From: Acidobacteriota bacterium
Lineage (GTDB): Bacteria; Acidobacteriota; CAIWXX01
DNA length: 64,000 bases
Reading direction: 5' to 3'
Assembly: GCA_040755995.1 (NCBI GenBank)
Contig: JBFMAF010000043.1
Span: 96,001 to 160,000, forward strand
The translations under genes were made by a program, and so were the position numbers. Shown here one piece after another: positions 47,346 to 56,456 of this stretch (positions are counted from its first letter, which is position 1; each line of letters begins with the position of its first letter). Below the pieces are notes generated by a model that was not told where the DNA came from, made no database searches, and worked only from the letters and a program-made list of their open reading frames with translations.

Positions 47346-48650
47346 ATGCGGTATCGACACTCACTCACGGTCGCAGCAGCGTTCGTTCTGCTCGGCCTCG
47401 CCGCGGATGCTTCGTGGGCGATCACAGCGTGGGCAAGGAGATATGACTTGCCGTGCAGCGCCTGCCACTGGGGCAGCGGATACCGGCTGACTCGCGAAGG
47501 ACAGAAGTTCATGAGAACGGGACACTTCAATCCCGGCGACAAACCGTCGAAGAGCTTCGAGGACTACCTGGGTCTCAACACCAAGATCCGCTTCAACGAC
47601 GGGAACGACGCCAAGCTGACCGACAACAAGATCGGCGATGTCACGTTCGAGTACCACGCCTTTGCGCTGTACTCCGGCGGTCTCATCGCTCCCAACTTCT
47701 CGTTCTTCACCGAGCTTTATCTGCACGAGCGAGAAGGAACTCCGAAGAAGGTAGACGTGTTCAGCGACGGAGGGCGCACGAAGCTTGCAGAGGCATTCCT
47801 GCAGTATACGCGTGGCGGCGCCAACTACTTCACGATTCGAGCAGGACAAATCGCGTCGCAGCTCTGGTACATCCAGGGGGCTGGTGGCCGCGTCGCCGAA
47901 ACACGCAGCTACCTGGTCAACAACGCCACGATCACGACAAACGGAGGGATCGGCAACAAGTGGCTGCCCCGCCAGCGGGACTACGGCGTCGAGTTGGGTG
48001 GCCAGTACGGTGACCTGCATGCCGTGTTCGGGGTGATCAACGGCACGGGCAACTCGCCGACCAACGTGGTGGAGAACGCCGGGCAGGGGGCCAAGGACTT
48101 CTACACCAGCGCCGACTACACGTTGAAGGACATGGCCCAGTTCGGGATCTTTTACCACAACGGCAACCTCCAGGATCCGCTCGCCACTGACACCACGTCC
48201 GAGGACAACAACGAGGACAACTTCTACCGAGTCGGGCTCACGTTCAACGCCAACCCAACCGACCGGCTCTGGGTAGTCGCGGACTATGTGAACGGGAAGG
48301 ACGAAGATTCCAAACCAAAGATCGGAACCCTGCCCGAGGTCAAGAGCAATGGGTTCAGCCTCGAAGGCGATTTTCTCGCACTCGAGGATCCGGGCATTGT
48401 CCCGTTCGTACGCTACGACCGCTTCACACACGACGGCAAGTCGACTCCGTCTGCCGACTTTGACACTACGACGGATGCCTTCGTGCTGGGGTGCAGCTTC
48501 AACCTCTTCGACCAGCAGCGAGGCAGACTCGTTTTCGAGTGGCAGTACCTGAAGACGACTGAAGAGTACAAGACGGTGACAGGGGAGAGTGCGAGCAAGG
48601 ATCTGGTGAAAGACCAGAACCTCAGAATCGAGCTCTCCTTCATGCTGTAA
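47346..48650 (+). CDS. Monoheme cytochrome-porin fusion, Cyc2/ExtI-like
   Basis: Signal peptide followed by AITAWARRYDLPCSACH...LT..G.KF...G, then an amphipathic beta-strand barrel. Confidence 0.75.
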   Translation: MRYRHSLTVAAAFVLLGLAADASWAITAWARRYDLPCSACHWGSGYRLTREGQKFMRTGHFNPGDKPSKSFEDYLGLNTKIRFNDGNDAKLTDNKIGDVTFEYHAFALYSGGLIAPNFSFFTELYLHEREGTPKKVDVFSDGGRTKLAEAFLQYTRGGANYFTIRAGQIASQLWYIQGAGGRVAETRSYLVNNATITTNGGIGNKWLPRQRDYGVELGGQYGDLHAVFGVINGTGNSPTNVVENAGQGAKDFYTSADYTLKDMAQFGIFYHNGNLQDPLATDTTSEDNNEDNFYRVGLTFNANPTDRLWVVADYVNGKDEDSKPKIGTLPEVKSNGFSLEGDFLALEDPGIVPFVRYDRFTHDGKSTPSADFDTTTDAFVLGCSFNLFDQQRGRLVFEWQYLKTTEEYKTVTGESASKDLVKDQNLRIELSFML

Positions 48651-48670
48651 TCAGGTATCATAGGATCGAG

Positions 48671-48704
48671 GCCGCCCGGGGAGAGTCACACGCTCCCCGG
48701 CGGC
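48671..48704 (+). terminator. GC hairpin after the cytochrome-porin gene
   Basis: GCCGCCCGGGGAG ... CTCCCCGGCGGC. Confidence 0.45.
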
Positions 48705-48982
48705 GCGGCCCCTCGATCGGCCGGCACAGGGGGAAATCGTTCAGGTTGAGGCAGAGAGGCAAGATTGAAAAGGCGGCACCGGGACGTCCTCTAAGCTTGT
48801 TTCGCTGCTCCATCGGAGGCGCGGCTGGTGGCGTCTGCACGGCAATGAGAGGATTCTGCCGGCCGGATGGTGCGGCGGCGAGAAGGCCTCGGGCGATGAT
48901 CTCCTTCCCTGGGAGTGCCTCTGCTCGCGACAGGAGAACCGGGTGCGATGTCCGCGCTGAGTGACCTCGCACGCGGGCGACG

Positions 48983-51553
48983 ATGAGGTCGGCGCGAGCC
49001 GCGAGCATTGTCGCTGGGCTGCAGCTATTCTTGCCGATGGCCGTCGCAGCAGTTGACGCTTCCCGGTCCGAAATCGAGGCGTGCCTGATCTGTCATTCTG
49101 ACAGCGGATTGACCAGGGCCGGCGGCGAGAAGCTTCTCGTACCGGACGCGCTCGCGACCAGCGTTCACGCGGCGCTCTCCTGCGTCGACTGCCATGCCGA
49201 AGGGAATTTCGACGACGTGCCGCACGCGCCGAAGTACACGCCGGTTGACTGCGCCGGCTGCCACGCGGAGGTGGCGGAGCAGTGGAGCGGAAGCGTACAC
49301 GGCAGGGGCCCGCCCGCCAAGCGGATCGGCTGCGTTCAATGCCACGAGTCCGGAGACGATCCGCACGATGTGAGGCCCGCGGCTGGATTGGACCCGGCTC
49401 GGGTCTGCGTGAGGTGTCACCCGGAGGAGACTCAGCGCTTCGCATCCGGCGGGCATGCAAAGGCGATCTCGGCCATGTCGCCGCCGGGCTGCGCCGGGTG
49501 CCATCGCCCTCACGCTGAAGCGAGCCTCTCGAATGCGGGCTCCACGCGGGTCTGTGAGCCGTGCCACGCGTCGGCTGCCGAGAAGCTCCGAGGCGGGCCG
49601 CACGGCCTCAAGGAGGCCATTCCGCAGCGGACAAAGGATGCCCCGAAGGAGCAGGTCGGGTGCTCGAGCTGCCACGAGCCCCACGCTATGCCGGATCCTG
49701 TGCGATCGTCCGATGCGTTCTCGCAATGCGTATCATGCCACAGGAAGTCCGTTGTCGATTTCGCCGGCTCGGTGCACGAAGCGAGGCTGCGGGGCGGCGA
49801 GATGACGTGCGCAAGCTGCCATTCGATCCACCTCGAGCCCGGGCAGGTGGCGTTCCACTGCGGCGACTGCCACGAGAAGGCCAACGAGGAATATCGTCAG
49901 AGCGCGCACTTCAAGCAGAATCCGACCGGGCTGGGCGCCGCAGCGAATTGCGGCGACTGCCACAACCGTGGCCACCAGGTGCGCAGCGCCGGCGATCCGC
50001 AGGCCATGACGCACTTCGCAAACCAGCCCAAGATGTGCGGGAAGTGCCATGGCGAGAGCCTCGTAGTCGCTCCGAACTACGTGCGGCTTCCGATGACGCT
50101 TTCCAACTACCGGAAGTCGGTGCACTACGAGAGGCTGCTGGAGTGGGAGCAAGACCCGTCCAAACCTCGGGGAGCAGTCTGCACTGATTGCCACGAATCG
50201 CACCTGGTGCGTTCGGCCGGCGATACCGCTAGCGTGTCCAACCGCATGAGAGTCGCGGACACCTGCGGCAAGTGTCACCCGAAGCAGTCCAGGGACTATC
50301 AGACGTCGGTCCACGGGGCGGCTCTCGCCCATGGGCTGACCGATACGCCGGCGTGCCCCGACTGTCACGACTCCCACATGATCCTCTCGCAGTATGATCC
50401 CTTGTCGAGGACATTCGAGCCGAGCGTTTCCGCTGACTGCGGGCAGTGCCACGAAAGCCGCTCCCTGACCGACCGTTTCGGGATCTGGCCTGGCGTCGTC
50501 AAGTCGTACCGCGACAGCTACCATGGGTGGGCGATAGGCAAGCAGACCACGGTGGCCAACTGCACCGACTGCCACACTACCCACAGGATTCGCAGCCATC
50601 TCGATCCCACATCCACTACATACCCGAAAAACGTGGTGCGAACCTGCGGCCGCTGCCACGAGAACTCCAACGAGGAGTTCGCCACGAGCTACACGCACGC
50701 CTCTTTCGGCCAGATCTGGGGGGTTCACGACGTTGTGCGAGTTGTATACATAGTCCTCATAATCGCCGTCTTGACCGGGATGGTCGCGCACAACACGCTT
50801 ATCTTGAGCCACACGATCCGGAAACACTACCTGAGCCACCTCGAAGAAGAGCATGTGCTCAGGATGAACCGCACCGAGGTCTTGCAGCACATCCTGCTGA
50901 TCGTCACGTTCACCGGTCTGGCGGTGACCGGCTTCGCTCTCAGGTTTCCGGAATCATGGTGGGTGAGAGCATTGCGCTGGGCCGGCATGGACGAAGGTGT
51001 GCGTGCCGCTTCGCATCGCGTCTTCGCGGCGCTCCTTGTGGCCGGCACAGTCTGGCACGCGCTCTGGATGGTGCTCAGCCGGCGCGGGCGGGCCAAACTC
51101 GCAGCCTACCTGCCCGCGTGGCAGGATGTCGCCAGCGCACGCGAGACCGTCAGATATTACTTCGGGATGCGCGATGAGAAGCCCGGCTTCGGCGTCTACG
51201 ACTACACGCAGAAGGCCGAGTACTGGGCGCTCGTCTGGGGGACCATCGTGATGGGCCTGACCGGCTTCGTCCTCTGGTTTCCGTCCTTGATGACCTCATG
51301 GTCGCCGGGGTGGACCGTGCGCGTCTCAGAGGTCGTCCATTACTACGAGGCCATTCTGGCCGTGGGCGCGATCCTCGTGTGGCATTTCTTCTTCGTCATC
51401 TACCATCCGAAGGTCTACCCCGTTTCTCTCACGTTCGTGACCGGCCGGATGCCGTTGCACGAGTGGAAGGAGGATCACTCGCTCGCCGATCCGCTTCCGG
51501 ACGGGGATCACGAAGGAGCGTCAGGCGGAGAGACCCGCGGTCGCGATCAGTAG
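48983..51553 (+). CDS. Multiheme cytochrome c (19 CxxCH) fused to FdnI/HydC-type cytochrome b (CbcL-like)
   Basis: 19 CxxCH motifs counted; C-terminal TM domain with QH, HR, QKAEYW, VHYYEA.L, WHF. Confidence 0.88.
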   Translation: MRSARAASIVAGLQLFLPMAVAAVDASRSEIEACLICHSDSGLTRAGGEKLLVPDALATSVHAALSCVDCHAEGNFDDVPHAPKYTPVDCAGCHAEVAEQWSGSVHGRGPPAKRIGCVQCHESGDDPHDVRPAAGLDPARVCVRCHPEETQRFASGGHAKAISAMSPPGCAGCHRPHAEASLSNAGSTRVCEPCHASAAEKLRGGPHGLKEAIPQRTKDAPKEQVGCSSCHEPHAMPDPVRSSDAFSQCVSCHRKSVVDFAGSVHEARLRGGEMTCASCHSIHLEPGQVAFHCGDCHEKANEEYRQSAHFKQNPTGLGAAANCGDCHNRGHQVRSAGDPQAMTHFANQPKMCGKCHGESLVVAPNYVRLPMTLSNYRKSVHYERLLEWEQDPSKPRGAVCTDCHESHLVRSAGDTASVSNRMRVADTCGKCHPKQSRDYQTSVHGAALAHGLTDTPACPDCHDSHMILSQYDPLSRTFEPSVSADCGQCHESRSLTDRFGIWPGVVKSYRDSYHGWAIGKQTTVANCTDCHTTHRIRSHLDPTSTTYPKNVVRTCGRCHENSNEEFATSYTHASFGQIWGVHDVVRVVYIVLIIAVLTGMVAHNTLILSHTIRKHYLSHLEEEHVLRMNRTEVLQHILLIVTFTGLAVTGFALRFPESWWVRALRWAGMDEGVRAASHRVFAALLVAGTVWHALWMVLSRRGRAKLAAYLPAWQDVASARETVRYYFGMRDEKPGFGVYDYTQKAEYWALVWGTIVMGLTGFVLWFPSLMTSWSPGWTVRVSEVVHYYEAILAVGAILVWHFFFVIYHPKVYPVSLTFVTGRMPLHEWKEDHSLADPLPDGDHEGASGGETRGRDQ

Positions 51554-52230
51554 CCGCTCGATCGCCGTCGCGGCCGCCTGCGCTTGGGGAGGACGAGAAT
51601 CAGCGCCACTCCGGCCACGAAGCCGGCTGCGTGCGCCATGAACGCGATACCGCCGCCCGGTCCAGCCACGGCGCTCAGAATCTGCACGAAGAACCAGATG
51701 CCGAGCACGAAGAAGGCGGGCACCGGCACGATCTGGAAAAAGAAGGGGAACGGAAGCAACGTGTGCACGCGGGCACTGGGATAGAGCACCAGGTAGGCGC
51801 CGAGAACCCCGGCGATCGCGCCGCTGGCTCCTACCATCGGGATGCGTGAGTTCAGATTGAACAGAATGTGGCCGGCTGCCGCCGCCATGCCACAGAGCAG
51901 ATAGAAGACGACGAAGGAGAAGTGCCCGAGGGCGTCCTCGACGTTGTTGCCGAAGATCCAGAGGTAGAGCATGTTGCCGGCCAGGTGCAGGAAGCCGGCG
52001 TGCATGAACATCGCCGTGAGGACCGTGAGCGGGATCGGAACCGGCGAGAACGGCCGGATGTCGGTCAGGTGCACCAGCTCCCATGGAATCGCCCCCAGGC
52101 TCATGACATAGTAGTCGAGACTGCGAGGGGAGAAGGCCTGGTAGAAGAACACCAGCACGTTCACCACGATGAAGGTCACCGTGAAGATCGGCGGCCGCGT
52201 GGTGGGATTGTCGTCGTAGAGCGGAATCAT
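51547..52230 (-). CDS. Rhomboid intramembrane serine protease
   Basis: MF.H....H..GNM, GASG, AH..GF. Confidence 0.93.
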   Translation of the reverse strand: MIPLYDDNPTTRPPIFTVTFIVVNVLVFFYQAFSPRSLDYYVMSLGAIPWELVHLTDIRPFSPVPIPLTVLTAMFMHAGFLHLAGNMLYLWIFGNNVEDALGHFSFVVFYLLCGMAAAAGHILFNLNSRIPMVGASGAIAGVLGAYLVLYPSARVHTLLPFPFFFQIVPVPAFFVLGIWFFVQILSAVAGPGGGIAFMAHAAGFVAGVALILVLPKRRRPRRRSSGY

Positions 52231-52238
52231 TTGTGAGC

Positions 52239-52275
52239 AGTTGACAGTTGTCGGTTCTCAGTTGACAGTTGTCAG
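52239..52275. repeat. Heptamer tandem repeat x5
   Basis: AGTTGAC AGTTGTC GGTTCTC AGTTGAC AGTTGTC AG between efp and rhomboid. Confidence 0.9.
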
Positions 52276-52302
52276 CCCAGAGCTCCAGCCCAAGCAGCCG
52301 CC

Positions 52303-52869
52303 TCAGGCGGACTTCGCCCGCGAGAGGTACTTCAGCTCGGTCGTGTCCACGGTGATCAGCTCACCCTCCTGGATGAACATCGGCACCTGCACCGTGAGGC
52401 CGGTTTCGAGCTTGGCGGGCTTGGTCACGTTGCCCTGCGCGGCGCCCTTGATCGACGGCTCGGTCTCGACCACCTTCAGATCCACCGTCAACGGGGGCTC
52501 GATTCCGATCGGGCGTTTTTCGAACATCTCGACCACCAGCTTGATGTTCGGAATGAGAAAGTAGACGTTGTCGCCGAGCTGCTCCTCCGACATCGACACC
52601 TGCTCATAGGTCTCGGTGTTCATGAAATGATAGTCGCTGCCGTCAGAGTACAGGAATTCCATCTCGGCACCGTCCAGTTGAGCCTTCTCCACCCGATCCT
52701 CCGACCGGAACCTGTGCTCGAGCTGGCTGCCGGTGTGCAGATTCCTCATCTTGGCCTGGACCATTCCGCGCCAGTTCCCCGGCGTGATGTGCTGCAGTGC
52801 CATGATCTTGTATATCTGGCCCTCGAAAATGACGGCCATACCCTTCCTGAGTTGCGTAGCCTGAATCAC
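52303..52869 (-). CDS. efp: Translation elongation factor P
   Basis: LRKG, FMNTETYEQ, KPAKLETG, VPMFI, YLSR; loop HITPGNWRG; GGAGGAG RBS. Confidence 0.95.
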   Translation of the reverse strand: MIQATQLRKGMAVIFEGQIYKIMALQHITPGNWRGMVQAKMRNLHTGSQLEHRFRSEDRVEKAQLDGAEMEFLYSDGSDYHFMNTETYEQVSMSEEQLGDNVYFLIPNIKLVVEMFEKRPIGIEPPLTVDLKVVETEPSIKGAAQGNVTKPAKLETGLTVQVPMFIQEGELITVDTTELKYLSRAKSA

Positions 52870-53017
52870 GATTAAACTCCTCCAAACGGTAATGATACTA
52901 AACGAGACTAGAGCAATGAGCCTGGGCGGGGTGGAGGCTGGAGGAGCTGGTGCAGCAGAGTGAATTGAAAATGACAGTCGGCAGAACCCCGGATCATGAC
53001 GACAATACCCCTGTGGC

Positions 53018-54331
53018 CTACCGCTCCACCGTCAGCTCGGCGATAGTGTCCGGGCTCTCACTCTTTACTACAGTTGTAGTAGCGCCGTCCTTGACGATGC
53101 GAATCCGAACGGCGTCAGTGTCCCGGCCGTCCAGCATCGCGCCGTGGGCTGCGAGGTTGCCGCCGCAGCGCATCCGCCAGGCGTCGCAGAATTCGGCGGC
53201 GTCGGCGGTCCTGTCCCAGGCCTGTTTCCAGACGAGCGTGCGCCGCCCGCTCGAGTCGCGATACATCTGGTAGAAATCGCCGTCCCAGCCGGCAGAGGCG
53301 ACTCCATCCTGGTCGGCGGGGAACAGAGACCGCATGTAGAACTCGCCCAGCACGCCCTCGAACACCAGCGTCTGCCCGGGCAACCGGCTCGACAAATTGA
53401 AGTGCACGTCCTGCGGGTCGTCGCGCCCGAAGTACTTGTCCGGATGCAGCAGCTGCTCGCTGGTGGCCGGGGGCCGGGCGAGCACCCGGTTGACCTCAGA
53501 CTGGCCGCCGCGGTTGTAGGCCGCCTCGATGAATCTGTCGCCCTCGATGTAGGGCAGCAGCAGCTGCCGCTGGATCACCTCGGGGGCGGCGGCATACCTG
53601 CCGCCCGTGAGGGTGGCTGCCGACTGGATCATCGCGCCCAGATCCAGCGGAATGCCGCCCAGCAGCTCGCCCACATCGTCACCAAGCTCCGTATTCTGCG
53701 CTCCGAGGGAATCGACGCCTGCGAACCGGAGCATGACGAAAGTAGCGTCGCCCTCGTAGGCGCCGAGCGCCGCGAGGCGACGGTCGTCGAAGTCGCTGAG
53801 GTCGGGCAGCTTGTGCTCCAGGTCGAAATGCTGGTCCTGGATGGCGTGGCGGATCTCGTGCGACAGGATGAAGGCGTTGAGGAAGTCTAGCTGCGATGAG
53901 CTGCTGACAGCGTACAGCGATTTCGAAGGACTCCTTTCGTCATAGAATCCGGCGACGTTCTCGTACAGCAGCTGGGCCCGCTCGGCCCGCAGGTCGTAGT
54001 CTGCGGGGATGAGTCCCAGGAACTTCAGCAGCTCCGATTCGCCCACCGCCTCGGAGGCCGGGTACTCGTCGTCGAACACCTGTTCGAGATACTGCTTGAG
54101 CTGCTCCTTGGTCATGAAGCGGATCTGGAGAGGCCGTATGAGCTTCAGGCCGCCGATTTCTTCGACGCGGGCTTTGAGCGCGTCCTCCGTCATAGTCTCC
54201 TGGACGCCCAGCATGTCGAGGAGCCCGCGGATCTGTTCTTCCGCCGTCTCCTCCTGCGCGTTCAGGACGATCATGCCGAGACACACAACCGCCAAAGCGG
54301 CTCCGATCGCGCTCGCAAACGCTCTTCTCAC
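53018..54331 (-). CDS. Exported HExxH zinc-metallopeptidase-like protein
   Basis: Signal peptide; AGFYD, HEIRHAIQDQHF, EGDA, PY..G, P.TSEQ.LHP.KY, GWDGD. Confidence 0.7.
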   Translation of the reverse strand: MRRAFASAIGAALAVVCLGMIVLNAQEETAEEQIRGLLDMLGVQETMTEDALKARVEEIGGLKLIRPLQIRFMTKEQLKQYLEQVFDDEYPASEAVGESELLKFLGLIPADYDLRAERAQLLYENVAGFYDERSPSKSLYAVSSSSQLDFLNAFILSHEIRHAIQDQHFDLEHKLPDLSDFDDRRLAALGAYEGDATFVMLRFAGVDSLGAQNTELGDDVGELLGGIPLDLGAMIQSAATLTGGRYAAAPEVIQRQLLLPYIEGDRFIEAAYNRGGQSEVNRVLARPPATSEQLLHPDKYFGRDDPQDVHFNLSSRLPGQTLVFEGVLGEFYMRSLFPADQDGVASAGWDGDFYQMYRDSSGRRTLVWKQAWDRTADAAEFCDAWRMRCGGNLAAHGAMLDGRDTDAVRIRIVKDGATTTVVKSESPDTIAELTVER

Positions 54332-54432
54332 GCGCTGATTATAGGGGCGCGTCGAGGGGTTGTCAAAAACGCCGTTGGAATCGGGTGGGAAACCAATTCG
54401 GGGGGCGGCCGATCGCGCGACTCGCAGCCAAG

Positions 54433-54492
54433 CCCCTTCCCGCACCCGCCTGCGGTTTCGCTTCGGGTACGCGAGCGGGTGCGGGGACGGGG
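54433..54492. repeat. Inverted hexamer-like repeats forming a hairpin
   Basis: CCCCTTCCCGCACCCGC ... GCGGGTGCGGGGACGGGG. Confidence 0.55.
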
Positions 54493-54512
54493 ACCGGTAC
54501 GGTCGGATTTGG

Positions 54513-55925
54513 CTACCTGAACCGATAGATGGTCCGCACGTAGAAGGTGCGGTAGTCGTTCCCCTCGCCTCGAGCCTGCTGCAGCTCAGCTATCAACGTC
54601 AGTGCGCCTGCGAGCCTGTACGAAAGAGACGCTCCGATGATCTGGTAGCCGGGAACGGGCGTCAACTGCAGGCTGGTACCGATTTCGGTGATCACGATAG
54701 CGTCGCCGTAGTTGGAGTAGTCGACCTCGGCTGTGAAGTCGCCGATGGATCGCGCACAGGACAGGTATACGACTCCACGCCCTGCCGAGGCTTCGAGCGA
54801 ACGCGCGTAGGAGCCGTTGATGTCGAAGCCGGCGAGCTCCACTCCTGAGATCCCGATTCTCACCTGGCGCGTCAGTTGATCGCTCTGGCTCCTCTTGAAG
54901 ACGCTCATTCCGCCGTAGACCCTCATGCTCCGGTACAGACGATACCGGACGTCAAACATGAAGTTCTGGTAGTAGTAGTTGCCGATCACGTACGGATCCG
55001 TGATCAAGCCGCCGTCGGAAGCCGCGATCAGGAGTCTTCTATAGTCGATCGAGCGCCCAAAGCTGAATGAGCCGGAGAACGACAGGTCCTTGTTCACGGC
55101 GACTCCTCCTGAGGCCAGGAAGCGCGAGAGCCGGTTCGCGCCGGGGATGCCCGGGCCGAGCTCGTACTCCAGGCTCTGGTACAGCGAGGTCCCGGGCCTG
55201 GCGTAGATGAAGTTCTGCACCGAGAGGAATCGTCGTTCCGTCTTTCCGCGGAGGAGGACCTCGGTGAGAGCCACATCGGATCTCGATCCCCCCGCCGACT
55301 GGAGAGTCACGTAGCCGCCCGCCGTGACTGTGTCCGAGGAGAAGGCCGCCGTGTAGAAGTCCGGGACGACCCCGCCGTATCCGCCCAAGGAGAGGGATCC
55401 GTGACGGTAGCCGGCGCGGACGCCGTCGATGGTTCCTATACTACCGACGTCGTAAATTGACATCCGTCCCGCAGACACCTCGTATGAAGTGGCGCGGTAC
55501 GTGGCCTTCGCGTCGTAGATGAAGAGGGTCGAAGGGTGATTCCCGGCGACGTAGTGACGGTTGCGGAGATTCAGGTCGAAGGACCACCCCGACTGGCCCT
55601 TCGGGCGGAAGGTGGTCGTGATCTGGTAGCCGAGGGTTGTCACCGGGTCCTGACCCGGTACGGCCAGTGCATAGGCATCCGTCGAGAACCAACCCGTGAG
55701 CGCCGGGGTTGGGCGCGCGGCCGGCAACTCCTGTCCGCCCGCGGCGCACGAACCTGCCAGCAGCGCAGCCCCGATCGCTGCCAGCACGGAATTCACAACG
55801 AACCGGTCGTAGAGGCGGTGGGGAGCTCCTCCAGGCGACCCGGCTGCCGTACTGCTCGCCTGTCCTCGGTTTGCGGTTGAACGTGCCGGCGGCCGTACCA
55901 CCAGCCGTCTACCGATGCGCTTCAT
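54513..55925 (-). CDS. Hypothetical outer-membrane beta-barrel protein
   Basis: Alternating aromatic/hydrophobic strands, AGR....G...IDG, C-terminal ...RTIYRFR; GGGAGG RBS before ATG 55925 (start uncertain). Confidence 0.65.
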   Translation of the reverse strand: MKRIGRRLVVRPPARSTANRGQASSTAAGSPGGAPHRLYDRFVVNSVLAAIGAALLAGSCAAGGQELPAARPTPALTGWFSTDAYALAVPGQDPVTTLGYQITTTFRPKGQSGWSFDLNLRNRHYVAGNHPSTLFIYDAKATYRATSYEVSAGRMSIYDVGSIGTIDGVRAGYRHGSLSLGGYGGVVPDFYTAAFSSDTVTAGGYVTLQSAGGSRSDVALTEVLLRGKTERRFLSVQNFIYARPGTSLYQSLEYELGPGIPGANRLSRFLASGGVAVNKDLSFSGSFSFGRSIDYRRLLIAASDGGLITDPYVIGNYYYQNFMFDVRYRLYRSMRVYGGMSVFKRSQSDQLTRQVRIGISGVELAGFDINGSYARSLEASAGRGVVYLSCARSIGDFTAEVDYSNYGDAIVITEIGTSLQLTPVPGYQIIGASLSYRLAGALTLIAELQQARGEGNDYRTFYVRTIYRFR

Positions 55926-56185
55926 CGTGCTTGCCTCCCTTCGGTCACCTGCGGTACCAGTCAGATAACCGGCATAGAATGCCTGCCATGTGAACCGAAC
56001 CCCGGCGACCACACCGCGACTCGCAGCTCCAGGGGAAAGTCGCGTCCGCGGGCGCCCGTCGGACAGCGCGCCCACCAGCACGCTCAGTTCGTCACGACGG
56101 CACCACGTGCGATCGGCTGAGCCACTTTCATCATGAATCCCGGCGCGTTGATACTCGCAGTGCTCGAATCCGTTCTGCCCACGCG

Positions 56186-56215
56186 AAATTACCCGCGGCA
56201 CTCGAAGCTTGTCAA
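56186..56215 (-). promoter_or_regulatory. Putative sigma70 promoter of the beta-barrel gene
   Basis: Minus strand TTGACA-N18-TAATTT. Confidence 0.5.
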
Positions 56216-56239
56216 CACGATTTCCAGTAGGGATTGGCA

Positions 56240-56261
56240 GCGTGTGATCTACGTCACACGC
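56240..56261. promoter_or_regulatory. CRP/FNR-family binding site
   Basis: GCG-TGTGA-TCTACG-TCACA-CGC: exact TGTGA-N6-TCACA within 8-bp inverted arms. Confidence 0.7.
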
Positions 56262-56390
56262 TCCGGTGCCGCGGTCTTGGTCGCAAGCTCTGGCGCGATG
56301 CGTCATCGCCACACTCAGCGGGGGCGCAGGAAGTGACGCAGAGACGCGGCGAGGGGTGCAGTCACGTTCCACGCGTCTCGCGCCACACCA

Positions 56391-56419
56391 TTGAGATTCC
56401 GGTGCCGACCCGCTATGCT
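56391..56419 (+). promoter_or_regulatory. Putative sigma70 promoter of the small UGA-containing gene
   Basis: TTGAGA-N17-TATGCT. Confidence 0.55.
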
Positions 56420-56456
56420 CATTGTGGTTATGGACATCATGCGAAAGGTCCGTGAG

